Below, in pieces: positions 7,805-16,488 of a stretch of DNA of 32,267 bases. A program made the position numbers and the translations under genes. This DNA comes from a virus (taxonomy: Duplodnaviria > Caudoviricetes), in the IMG/VR virus record IMGVR_UViG_3300048852_000013, positions 1 to 32,267 of that record; one strand, 5' to 3'. The stretch's first letter is position 1, and the number at the start of each line of letters is the position of its first letter. The notes beneath the pieces are model-generated. The model was given only the letters and a program-made list of their open reading frames with translations. It had not been told where the DNA came from and did no database searches.

Positions 7805-8224
7805 TTAGAGACCGACTGTGGAACCGTCGCTGGTGACGACGAGATAGGAGCCATCCGGCGTGACGAGCAGCGGCGCCGCCTCGCCGTCCTCCGCGAAGTC
7901 GCTGTCCGCGACGGTCACCACGGCCTCGGCCAGCATGCCGCCGGGCGTCGTCTCGACCCGCAGGCGCCAGTCGCCAGCCTCATCCAGCGCGAGCGTGCTG
8001 CGCCAGGTACCCGCGGCCTCAGCCTCGCCGTCCGCGCGGAACTCGACGCCCGAGGGCGAGAGCCAGCGGAACGACACGCCGGTCACCGTGGCCGCCGCGC
8101 CTGTGAGCGTGTCCGTCACGTCGCACCAGGCGGTGACAGAGGAGCCGCCCGCCACGAAAGGCACGCGGGCGGAGGCGCGCGCGCCGAAGCGCAGCACGGC
8201 GGTGGTGGCCATGGGCATTCCCAT
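7805..8224 (-). CDS. Hypothetical virion protein, Ig-like beta sandwich
   Basis: Beta-rich 139 aa with GTWRSTLALDEAGDWRLRVE. Start could be 8224, 8218 or 8212. Confidence 0.6.
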   Translation of the reverse strand: MGMPMATTAVLRFGARASARVPFVAGGSSVTAWCDVTDTLTGAAATVTGVSFRWLSPSGVEFRADGEAEAAGTWRSTLALDEAGDWRLRVETTPGGMLAEAVVTVADSDFAEDGEAAPLLVTPDGSYLVVTSDGSTVGL

Positions 8225-8292
8225 TCTGCTGGACTAGAGCGCCGGTGGCGGCCTGCTGTATGAACCGGCCGCCAGATCAGACCGGAGCGGTC

Positions 8293-8538
8293 ATGCTTGA
8301 GAACTTGAGGGACTACTGCGCCGCTCGCATCGAGGGGCGGCACGCGCCCTATGAAGCGGACTGCCTCCCGCTCCAGAGGCGGGTGGCACAGGCGCTGGAC
8401 CGGGCGACGGGCCTGGAAGCTCGGGCCATCCGGCGGGCGGCGGGCATCCTGCAGGCTGATTTGGCTCTTATGGATGCCGATGCGCTCTATCGTGCGGCCG
8501 CGCCGTGGTGGCTCCGCCTCCTGGCACGGGTATCCTAG
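8293..8538 (+). CDS. Hypothetical protein, antisense (moron-like) in the late region
   Basis: GGAG RBS before ATG 8293. Fills the otherwise empty gap between minus-strand genes; its stop overlaps the stop of 8535..8777 (CTAG). Confidence 0.55.
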   Translation: MLENLRDYCAARIEGRHAPYEADCLPLQRRVAQALDRATGLEARAIRRAAGILQADLALMDADALYRAAAPWWLRLLARVS

Positions 8539-8777
8539 CCCGGCATCGGCCACACCGCCTTCAGCGCCTCGGGCGTCTCGGCCGCTTCGATGTCTGGATG
8601 GGCCGGCGCGTCGCGGAGCGCCTGCTTCTGCGCTGCGACCTCCGCCTGGCGCGCAGCGTCGCCGGCCTCGACGGCCCGCATGAACTCCACGTCGAGCGCC
8701 GCCAGCAGCGGCTGGCGCGCGGCCCGAATGCGCCCGCGCTGGATTTCGCGGGCCTTCGCCATGTCGACGGTGATCAC
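8535..8777 (-). CDS. Tail fibre assembly chaperone-like protein (C-terminal half type)
   Basis: IRAARQPLLAALDVEF...KQALRDAPA...LKAVWP resembles tail fibre assembly proteins; downstream of the fibre gene. Confidence 0.72.
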   Translation of the reverse strand: MITVDMAKAREIQRGRIRAARQPLLAALDVEFMRAVEAGDAARQAEVAAQKQALRDAPAHPDIEAAETPEALKAVWPMPG

Positions 8778-9004
8778 AGCGCCACGTCCTCCGGATTGCC
8801 GGTGTTCACCGGGGCGCCGGTGAAGTCGGCGGTCCAGGCGTCCCGGAAGGTGCGGTCAGTGGGGACCTCCGAACGGTCGACCGGGATGTACGGAAGGCCG
8901 ACAGGAACGTCCTTGGCGATGGTCTCCGCGAGCGACAGGTCGCCTGCGGAAATCAGGATGCAAACGCCGCCGTCATCGCGCGGAAACAGAACTACCTGGT
9001 CCAT
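8774..9004 (-). CDS. Tail fibre assembly-associated protein (N-terminal half type)
   Basis: IAKDVPVGLPY...VPTDRTFRDAW motif, seen in phage fibre-adjacent genes. Confidence 0.68.
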   Translation of the reverse strand: MDQVVLFPRDDGGVCILISAGDLSLAETIAKDVPVGLPYIPVDRSEVPTDRTFRDAWTADFTGAPVNTGNPEDVAL

Positions 9005-9007
9005 GTG

Positions 9008-10039
9008 TCAGCTCCCGAAGAATATCGCGCCAAACACATTCGGATCCTGACCATTCAGACGGATGCCGTTTGCATCCATCCGGGTCGGGGGGGCCGTAAT
9101 GCCGGAGGCGGCGATGTTGACCTGCCAGCTTCCGTCGCCGCTCTGAGTCGTCGCGAGGGCGACCGTGTAGTTGGCATTCGCCATGGGAGTGGTGAAGTTG
9201 ACGTCCCAGATGCTGGTGCCCATGTCCACGAGACTGGACACGTTGTAGTGGTCCCGGATTGCCATTGTCGCGCCGTTGCCGTTGATCCACGCCTTGGCCG
9301 CGTTCTTGGCCCCAAGGATCTCACCACCTGATCCTGTCGTAATCAGGCGTAGATCGTAGTCGTCTGTGCCGGGGGTCTTGAGATCGAGGTAGGCGACTTG
9401 CCCGGACGGGGCGCCGATCTCCACCCCACAAGCGCCGCTGGTCGAAGCGAACTGTGCGTTGAGTGCGCCGCTTGACACCGTTAAGGCCTGCGCGCTGACT
9501 GCACCATTCACCGTCAGGCTGCTAAGGGTCGTGGCGCCAGTGACGCCGAGCGTGCCGCCGACCGTGGCCGCGCCGGAGCATGACAGGGTGGTGTTGACCA
9601 CCAGCGAACCCAGCGTGGCCAGGCCGGTAACGCCGAGCGTGCCGCCGACCGTGGCGTTGCCGGTAGCCGAGACGGCGCCCGACACGGCCAGCGCGCCCAG
9701 GAGGGACACTCCGCCTGCGTTGTCCTGAAAGACCGTCCGCTGCGCCGGAAGCGTGCTGTAGACCACCACGGAGCCGGTGAAGTTCAGCCGGCTCGGGCTG
9801 GTGGTCCCATGCACCGAGGTCCAGATCGGCGTGCCGCGGCTCAAGGTGTTGGGCGAGCCCGACGTGACCGTCCCAACCTGGATCTCGGTCTGGGAGCCGT
9901 CTGTGATGGCGTAGTAGCAGCTCGCGCCGGTGCCGAAGGTAGCCACGAACCCCACATAGCCCGTGGTCGCGCCGATCAGGCTGACGGTGGTGCCGGTGCC
10001 CGGGGCATTCGCTGTCTCGCGGACGCGGTTTCCCAGCAT
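9008..10039 (-). CDS. Tail fibre protein
   Basis: N-terminal NRVRETANAPGTG anchor, Gly/Thr/Val repeats, YLDLK..DDYDLRL motif and C-terminal AKAWING...YNVSSLVD...VNFTTPMANANY domain. Confidence 0.78.
   Translation of the reverse strand: MLGNRVRETANAPGTGTTVSLIGATTGYVGFVATFGTGASCYYAITDGSQTEIQVGTVTSGSPNTLSRGTPIWTSVHGTTSPSRLNFTGSVVVYSTLPAQRTVFQDNAGGVSLLGALAVSGAVSATGNATVGGTLGVTGLATLGSLVVNTTLSCSGAATVGGTLGVTGATTLSSLTVNGAVSAQALTVSSGALNAQFASTSGACGVEIGAPSGQVAYLDLKTPGTDDYDLRLITTGSGGEILGAKNAAKAWINGNGATMAIRDHYNVSSLVDMGTSIWDVNFTTPMANANYTVALATTQSGDGSWQVNIAASGITAPPTRMDANGIRLNGQDPNVFGAIFFGS
9543..9655. repeat. 26-bp perfect direct repeat within tail fibre gene
   Basis: ACGCCGAGCGTGCCGCCGACCGTGGC at 9543-9568 and 9630-9655 (87 bp period, encodes ATVGGTLGV). 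Confidence 0.9.
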
Positions 10040-10042
10040 GGT

Positions 10043-10831
10043 CTACAGCCTCTCGCTGATGATGGCGGACCAAGCGCGCCGCGCCGGGCTCTGCGCAGGC
10101 CAGGTCACGTCGCCGCCGCTGGCGAGGCGCCCGAACACGGCTTCCCGCTGAACGTCATCGCCTTCCGGGAATGGCACGAACAGGATGTTCCGCCCGTCCG
10201 CTGCGGCGCTGTCCAACTCGAAAACCTGCGGCCAGACCTCTGAGCCGGTCAGCGCCGGCAGTGAGACGGCCCAGCGGCGGCGAGACGAGCGGAGCGTCAC
10301 GTACTCCCCGCCGGAGCGCGTGCGCACCACCGCGGCGTCATGCTCCCGACCGACCGCGCTGCTGAAGCCCAGGTTGCGCTGCGGGATCCACACCGGCCCG
10401 GCGAAGGCCAGCGGGATGTTCAGGAAGGTGTCAGTGTTGGTCGCGTCGCTGATGTCCGCCCGCGCGTAGCGCGCCGACACATCCGCCGGCATCACATGCA
10501 CATGCTGGCCGAAGCCGGTGACGATGCCTGTCAGGGCGCCACTGTCATAGGTGCTGGTCGCGAAGGCGGCGTCAGCGCCGACGCGCCAGCGCACCGTCGC
10601 CGCCGGCGTCAGGTTGGTGCGGAACAGCCCGAACGCGCGCCAGAGCACGTCCGCGCCCATGTCGATCACCAGCGACGCATCCGTGACCCCGGCCGCCGTC
10701 TGCCAGGCATCCGTCGCCGTGCCCTGCTGGCTCTGCAAGTTCCCCGCCGTCATGCCTGTCGCCTCGGACGATGCCGTCAGCGCAGACGCCGAGAGGATCC
10801 GGTTCTCCCAGCCGAACAGGCAGTTGGTCAT
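10043..10831 (-). CDS. Tail tip/distal tail-like protein
   Basis: Start MTNCLFGWENR at ATG 10831 (ATGA overlap). RTRSGGEY motif; position after the tape measure block. Confidence 0.7.
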   Translation of the reverse strand: MTNCLFGWENRILSASALTASSEATGMTAGNLQSQQGTATDAWQTAAGVTDASLVIDMGADVLWRAFGLFRTNLTPAATVRWRVGADAAFATSTYDSGALTGIVTGFGQHVHVMPADVSARYARADISDATNTDTFLNIPLAFAGPVWIPQRNLGFSSAVGREHDAAVVRTRSGGEYVTLRSSRRRWAVSLPALTGSEVWPQVFELDSAAADGRNILFVPFPEGDDVQREAVFGRLASGGDVTWPAQSPARRAWSAIISERL

Positions 10832-12468
10832 ACCAGCACCTGCAGGATCATCGTGTCGTCCTGCGCGCGCAGGCTGTCGCCCACCACCTGGCCGAGCTTT
10901 CCCTCGTCCAGATCGTGCAGCGGATAGACAAGCGACACCACGTCGCCGATGTCGCGCTGGAGCCCGATCTCCAATGGCACCTCCACGTCGTAGAGCCGCC
11001 GCGCCGGCACCGTGCCCCAAAGAGCGCCCAGCGCTTCGGCCAGCGATTGCGCATGGGTCTGCTGCAGCAGCGCCGTCGGCAGCTCCGGCGGATCCTGCGG
11101 GCGCCTGAACGCCGCCAGCACATCCGTGGAGGCCCAGACGGCGAAGCGGTCGGAGGCGGCCAGGAACTGGCGCCGCGCCTCGGTCACGTCTGGATCCAGG
11201 TCCGTCGCCTGCACCGTGTGGGCGCGCTGGTAGCCTATGCGCCAGCGGTAGGGTGGTGGGTCCAGCGGCGCGCCGAGCGCCCGCGGCCGCAGCGAGACGA
11301 TCTGGTCCGTGGCCAGTGTGGCGTCCGGCGTCGCACTGGAGGACAGCGCCCGCAGCGCCAGGGCCGTCAGCCGGCCGTCGCGCGTCGGCACCAGCCGCGC
11401 GCCCAGACTGGCCAGCAGCACCCCGGCCGCGGCAGCGCCATCCGTGGCCTCGGGCCAATGCCAGCCCGCGGTCCAGGGATAAGCCGCATCCAGGGCGGTG
11501 AACGAAGCCGTATCGAGGAACTCAGCCGGCAGCGCCATGTCCTCGGCCAGCAGATAGCGCGCCACCGCCGCGGCGGTGCTTTGCGCCCCCGCCACCACGA
11601 AGGCACCGGTCACGTCCACGGTGATGGCCCGCACGGGTCGGGAGCCGAGCTGGAAGAGGCCCTTGCTGTTGTCGGTGCGGTACTGCCCGGCCGGCGTGAC
11701 GCCGCTGTAGAGATCCGTTGTGTCCGAGGCGAACGGGATCTGCGCGTCGCCGCCCTCGTAGAGCGCGACCACCGTCCCCGGCCCATCCGTGTACTGGTAG
11801 ATCAGTGCCGTCGGATCCACGAGCACCGGCATGACATTGCGCACGGGATAGCTGGCGCTGCCGCCACGGGTCTTCGGCTTCAGCGTGCCAGCCAGCTCCG
11901 CCGGCCCCTCCAGCCCGCCGGTACCGGCATAGGTCTCGGTCTGTAGCAGTCGCTCGATCCAGTAGCTGGCGTCACGCAGCGGCACGTCGAGCACGGACTC
12001 GCCCAGGAACCAGGGCTGGCCGATGCCAACGAAGACCTCGGACAGATCCGCATACGGCGGGTCCACCAGATAGCCGCGCGACGCGTCGCGGGTCTTGGTG
12101 CCGGACAGCACCCGCACCCGCCGCCCGTCCGCATTGCTGGCGGCGGCCAGGGCGTCGTACTGCCGCCCCGCATTGGCCAGGCGCAGGCTGCCCCAGCCTG
12201 CCGCCACGGCCGCATCACCAGGGGCCAGGCGCATGGCCCGGTCCAGGGCAAATGCCTGCTCCACCGTGGGCGAATAGATCTGCAGCCCGTCCACGTCGCT
12301 CTCCCGGGTGCGGTAGCCCGCATCGCTGGCGCGGACGATCTCCTCCGCCTCGGCAGGCCCGGCCTCGCCGGGATCGTCAGCCCAGGGCAGCGCCGCCCAG
12401 GGCTCGGCGCCGCCCGGCAGGGCAGCGCCCGGCCGGAAGGCATCCATCTCGATGGCAAAGAACTTCAT
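10828..12468 (-). CDS. Tail tip/baseplate hub-like protein
   Basis: 546 aa directly after tape measure; YAGTGGLEG...KP motif and C-terminal IGDVVSLVY hub-like motif. Confidence 0.72.
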   Translation of the reverse strand: MKFFAIEMDAFRPGAALPGGAEPWAALPWADDPGEAGPAEAEEIVRASDAGYRTRESDVDGLQIYSPTVEQAFALDRAMRLAPGDAAVAAGWGSLRLANAGRQYDALAAASNADGRRVRVLSGTKTRDASRGYLVDPPYADLSEVFVGIGQPWFLGESVLDVPLRDASYWIERLLQTETYAGTGGLEGPAELAGTLKPKTRGGSASYPVRNVMPVLVDPTALIYQYTDGPGTVVALYEGGDAQIPFASDTTDLYSGVTPAGQYRTDNSKGLFQLGSRPVRAITVDVTGAFVVAGAQSTAAAVARYLLAEDMALPAEFLDTASFTALDAAYPWTAGWHWPEATDGAAAAGVLLASLGARLVPTRDGRLTALALRALSSSATPDATLATDQIVSLRPRALGAPLDPPPYRWRIGYQRAHTVQATDLDPDVTEARRQFLAASDRFAVWASTDVLAAFRRPQDPPELPTALLQQTHAQSLAEALGALWGTVPARRLYDVEVPLEIGLQRDIGDVVSLVYPLHDLDEGKLGQVVGDSLRAQDDTMILQVLV

Positions 12469-15400
12469 GCCGCGAGCCTCGCCGGGGCCATGCCGTTCAG
12501 CCGCACCTCGGACCGCAGTGCAGTGACCTCCGACCGCAGGCGCCCAAGCTCGGCCACCAGGATCTCCGTCTGCGTGCGCGTCTCCTGCTCCAGCACCGAG
12601 GCCGTCAGCTTGTCCTCATCGAGCGATGTGCCTAGGGTGCCGAGCGCGGAGGTCACGCGATCGAACAGCGCCGCGAAGCCTGCGCCGCTGCCCTCCACCT
12701 CCTGGCCAGTGCGGAGCAGCAGGTCGGCCGCGCTCTGCAGGCCGGAGAGCGCGGCGAAGTCGCCGCCGATCGCCGCCTCGTAGAGCCGATCGAACTCGCC
12801 TTGAGCGGAGAGGTACTGCGCGCGCGGCGACAGCGGCGACAGGTTGCCCATCCGCAGGCCGGACACGTAGTCAGCCAGCGACGTGATGATGCCCGTGGCA
12901 TACGGCGCCGCCGCCTCCGCCCGCGCCTGCTCGAGCTGCTCGATGGCGCGGGCGCGCCCTTCTTCCAGATCTGTCTCCGCGAGGCCGAGTTCCTTGGCCT
13001 TCTTAACCGCCTCGTCATAGGTGTCGTTGAGCTGCTTCAGCGCCTCTTCGAACGCGTCGAGCGGCTCCGCGGCCTCGGTCAGCGGCTGGTAGACCTGGGT
13101 GAACCAATCCAGGTTCGCCAGCAGCTTCTCGCTATCGCGGCCGGAGGCATTGACCACCTGCGCAATCTCGCCAGCGAGCTGCCCGCGGACGCTGTCCACC
13201 AAGCCAAGCGCGGCGTCCTCCAGCAGCTGCTGTATGCCCGCCTCGCTGCGGTCGTAGCGCGTGCTGCCGCCTCCGACCCCCTGCATGCGCAGGTACAGGC
13301 CGTCTCGATTGCCCACGCCGACGTTTAGGCTGCCATTGATGGCGACGCCAAGCGCCTCTTCCAGCTTCGCGTCCAGGGTCGCGATCTGCTCGACGATCTG
13401 CGACGCGGCGTCCCGGTTCTCCTGGCTGAATTTGCTGCCCGTCTGCCCGCCCTGCACGATGCCGTAGGCGTCCAGGTCAAGGGTGGCATTGCCCTCCCGG
13501 TTGGAGGGCTGGCTGTTGCCGAACAGGCCGCCGATAAGGCCGCCCGCGGACCCGCCGATCAGGGCGCCCAGGGGGCCGCCGACGATATAGCCGCCGATCG
13601 AGCCAATGGCCGAGCCGATCATGCCGCCGGTCTGGTTGCCGCGGGCCATCGTGTTCAGAAAGGTGCCGGCGCCGAAACTCAGGCCCACCGTGCCGAGCAT
13701 GTTGCCAAGCGTCAGCGGGTTCGTGCCGAACTGCGTTGTCAGGCCAATCTGGCTCGCCGGGGACCAAGATGGCAGAATCGAGGCAACCGGCGTGTTGAAG
13801 AAGCTGCCGATGCCCGACAGCGCGCCGGCGCCCCCGAACATGCCGGACACCTGTCCGCCCAGCCCCGCCACGCTGAACAGGCTGCCCAGGCCCCCCGCGG
13901 CGGTGCCGGTCGCGCCGCCCATCACGCCAGCCACAATCGGCTGCACGATCGGCCGGATAATCGCCTCGGCCGCGATGCGCGCGAAGGTCCGGCGCGCCGT
14001 CGCCTCCAGCGTGTCCATCAGGCCCGCGAAGCCGCGGCCGGTCTCGCTCCAGAGATCGGCGAAGGCATCGGCGCTGTAGCTGACGATGCTGTCCGTGACG
14101 CGCTCGTTCTCGCGCTCACGGCGGTCCAGGGCGCGGCGTTCCGCCGTCTCCATCTCGCGCAGCGCCCGATCGCGCGCCCGCTGCTCCTCGTCGTTGCGCC
14201 GGTCGCGCAGCCGTTCGAGGGTTCGGGTGACAGAGTCCGAGTAGCCGGTGTCCGCATCGCGCCACGTATCAGTCAGTTCGCGCTGTGCCCGCGCCGCCTC
14301 GCGCGCGCCATCCCGGACCTGCTTGAGCCGATTGGCCACCTGGCCAGCAACGTCCGCCACCCGGGTCGCCGACGCCACGAAGCTGGGCGCTGCCTCCTCG
14401 CCGCGCTTGGCCGCCTCGTCCGCGGCCACACCGCTCTCGACCAACGCCTTGACGAACTCGGTCTGGAGCTGCGTGGCCCGGCGCGTGATCTCCGCCTGGC
14501 GCTCCTGCGCCGTCGAGATCCGCTCATAGGCCGCCAGCCCACCCGTGTTCAGCGCGTCGAGCTGCGCCTGGAGCCGGACGGCCTCGGCGTTCACCTCCGC
14601 CATGGGATCGTCCACGGCGCGCTGCCGCAGGGCGTTCAGCGCCTGGGCAGCGCGGACGATCTCGACGGAGAGCTGGCCATACCGGCCGGCCGAACTGCCG
14701 GCGGCATTGGCCGAGGCGATGATGGCGTCTGCGCTCTCGCCAGCGGCCAGCCGCATAGCCGTGGACTGGACCGACAGCTGGCGCCAGGCGGCCTCCATCT
14801 GCTGGACCTGCGGCAGCGCATCCGCCGCCGCGTTCCGCAGGCGCCAGATCTCCTGCGCATTGCCGCCGCCCGCGCGCGCAGCATCGTCGAGGGCCGCGAT
14901 GTAGGAGCGCAGGGCATCGACAGTCAGCAGCCCGGCGTTCCGAAGTTCCGCGAATGCATCCACGGCCTGCCGCAGGTCGGCGGCCAGCTCCGGCGCGGCG
15001 CCGGGGCCGCCGATGATGCTCATCGGGTCGTAGGACGGGGCGCCGTTCTCCCGGTCCTGCAGCCGGCCTGCAAGGCTGCCGCCGAGCTGGTTGGTCAGCG
15101 CGAACGACTGGCTCTGCAGCGCATCCATGGTGCGCTGGCGCAGGACGCCTTCAGCGCGCGCGCCGGCGTCGCCCATGGCGATGTAGTTGTCCCGCAGCAG
15201 CAGGACCGCCTCGGCCTCGTTCTCGATGCCTTCCAGGCGCCGCTGGGCCGCGTCGGTCAGCCGCTTGTAGGTCTCCTCCTGCTCCTTCAGGACGTCATCG
15301 AGTGACGTTGCCTCTTCGGCCAGCCCGACGAACTGCGCGGCCAGCAACCCGACCGTCAGCGCGGCACCGGCAAGGGCGCCGCCCGTCCCGAACATGCCGA

Positions 15401-15704
15401 GAAGCTGCGAGCCCTGCTGGCCAAGAGCCACCAGCGCCGAAGTGCCGCTGGAGACCTGGGTGGCAAAGTCCTGGATCTGGAAACCGGCCTGCCCCAGCGC
15501 CTGCCCCAACCGGCCGGTGCTGGCTCCCGCGTCATTGGCGGCGCGGCCCATCTGCGCCATGCCGCCGCTCTGGCCCGCTCGCCGTGCGGCCTGATCCAGC
15601 CGCTGGATGGCGCGCTCGCCGACCTCGCCCATGCTCTGGAGGTCGCGGCGCAGAGCATCAGCATTGCGGACGTCGAGCCGGAGCGTGATCGCGCGATCAG
15701 CCAT
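12465..15704 (-). CDS. Tail tape measure protein
   Basis: 1079 aa helical Ala-rich protein with QAGFQIQDFATQV...QQGSQL lambda-type N-terminal motif and Gly-rich hydrophobic stretch. Confidence 0.92.
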   Translation of the reverse strand: MADRAITLRLDVRNADALRRDLQSMGEVGERAIQRLDQAARRAGQSGGMAQMGRAANDAGASTGRLGQALGQAGFQIQDFATQVSSGTSALVALGQQGSQLLGMFGTGGALAGAALTVGLLAAQFVGLAEEATSLDDVLKEQEETYKRLTDAAQRRLEGIENEAEAVLLLRDNYIAMGDAGARAEGVLRQRTMDALQSQSFALTNQLGGSLAGRLQDRENGAPSYDPMSIIGGPGAAPELAADLRQAVDAFAELRNAGLLTVDALRSYIAALDDAARAGGGNAQEIWRLRNAAADALPQVQQMEAAWRQLSVQSTAMRLAAGESADAIIASANAAGSSAGRYGQLSVEIVRAAQALNALRQRAVDDPMAEVNAEAVRLQAQLDALNTGGLAAYERISTAQERQAEITRRATQLQTEFVKALVESGVAADEAAKRGEEAAPSFVASATRVADVAGQVANRLKQVRDGAREAARAQRELTDTWRDADTGYSDSVTRTLERLRDRRNDEEQRARDRALREMETAERRALDRRERENERVTDSIVSYSADAFADLWSETGRGFAGLMDTLEATARRTFARIAAEAIIRPIVQPIVAGVMGGATGTAAGGLGSLFSVAGLGGQVSGMFGGAGALSGIGSFFNTPVASILPSWSPASQIGLTTQFGTNPLTLGNMLGTVGLSFGAGTFLNTMARGNQTGGMIGSAIGSIGGYIVGGPLGALIGGSAGGLIGGLFGNSQPSNREGNATLDLDAYGIVQGGQTGSKFSQENRDAASQIVEQIATLDAKLEEALGVAINGSLNVGVGNRDGLYLRMQGVGGGSTRYDRSEAGIQQLLEDAALGLVDSVRGQLAGEIAQVVNASGRDSEKLLANLDWFTQVYQPLTEAAEPLDAFEEALKQLNDTYDEAVKKAKELGLAETDLEEGRARAIEQLEQARAEAAAPYATGIITSLADYVSGLRMGNLSPLSPRAQYLSAQGEFDRLYEAAIGGDFAALSGLQSAADLLLRTGQEVEGSGAGFAALFDRVTSALGTLGTSLDEDKLTASVLEQETRTQTEILVAELGRLRSEVTALRSEVRLNGMAPARLAA

Positions 15705-16068
15705 CTACGCCCTCCTTCTCCGCCTGGCGGCGCTCCGCCTCGCCCTTCCGAACGCCTTCGGCCGCCGCGCTCAGCAGCACCGAGGCAATCTCACCGGGCA
15801 CGCCCTCGGCCCTGGCCAGGGCCAGCGCGGCGCCGATGTCGAGGTCGATCGAAGAGAACCCTGGCCGCAGGCTGGCCTCAGCGGCACGCAGCACCGCCTG
15901 CCCCTCCGGCGTCTCGGGCTGGTGGACTATGCGGGGGCAGTGCCCGCAGCGGTCTCGGCCTGCGGCGCCTCGTCCGGCGAGGCCGGGCCAGGCTGGCCCG
16001 TCGCAGCCGGCGCACTCGCGCCCGCCTCCGCCGGCTCGCCACCGGAGGTAGGCGCGGATGCGTTTCCC
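15697..16068 (-). CDS. -1 frame extension of tail assembly chaperone (gpGT-like)
   Basis: Frame open from the slippery site GGGAAAC (16068-16062) to the stop at 15697, giving RIRAYLRWR...ECAGC...RCGHCPR...VLRAAEASLRPG. Confidence 0.8.
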   Translation of the reverse strand, partial: GKRIRAYLRWRAGGGGRECAGCDGPAWPGLAGRGAAGRDRCGHCPRIVHQPETPEGQAVLRAAEASLRPGFSSIDLDIGAALALARAEGVPGEIASVLLSAAAEGVRKGEAERRQAEKEGVDG

Positions 16069-16478
16069 TCCGCGGCCAGCCGATGCAGGCTGGCGCCGTA
16101 TTCCGTCAGGAACGCCTTAGCCAGGTCGGGGTGCGCCGCGAACGCCTCGATCGCCGCCGGCGTCACCGCCAGCGGCGCGCCGTCCGCGTCTGCGAGTCCT
16201 TCCCAGGCAACGATGCCATAGCGCGCCAGCGCCTCGACGTACCACTGCAGGCGCTGGCCCGTGAGCCACGCCGCATTGCCGCCGTTGAGCCCCAGCGGGT
16301 CGAGCGGCTGTCCGGCCGCGGAGGCGGTCTCGGCTTCCACCGCCTCGGCCGCGCTGCGCTTCTGCGCCTCGGCCAGCGCCGCCTCGGTGACGGCCGTGGT
16401 GAGCGGCCGCACCTCGACGCGCACGCCATGCGGCAGATCCAGCCAGGTGTTGCTTCGGGTCGTCTGCAAGCGGAGCAT
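15927..16478 (-). CDS. Tail assembly chaperone (gpG-like)
   Basis: Between tail tube and tape measure; IVAWEGLADADG motif; contains an in-frame G GGA AAC slippery heptamer. Confidence 0.85.
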   Translation of the reverse strand: MLRLQTTRSNTWLDLPHGVRVEVRPLTTAVTEAALAEAQKRSAAEAVEAETASAAGQPLDPLGLNGGNAAWLTGQRLQWYVEALARYGIVAWEGLADADGAPLAVTPAAIEAFAAHPDLAKAFLTEYGASLHRLAAEGNASAPTSGGEPAEAGASAPAATGQPGPASPDEAPQAETAAGTAPA

Positions 16479-16488
16479 GGATCGCCTT

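Noticed and set aside
2670-7836. Long plus-strand ORFs (2670-4442, 5974-7836)
   Set aside because: Antisense shadows of well-supported minus-strand genes in high-GC DNA; Arg/Ala/Gly-rich with no motifs.
3063-10039. Diversity-generating retroelement or invertible tail-fibre cassette
   Set aside because: No reverse transcriptase or invertase in the window, and no template/variable repeat pair differing at adenines was noticed by eye.
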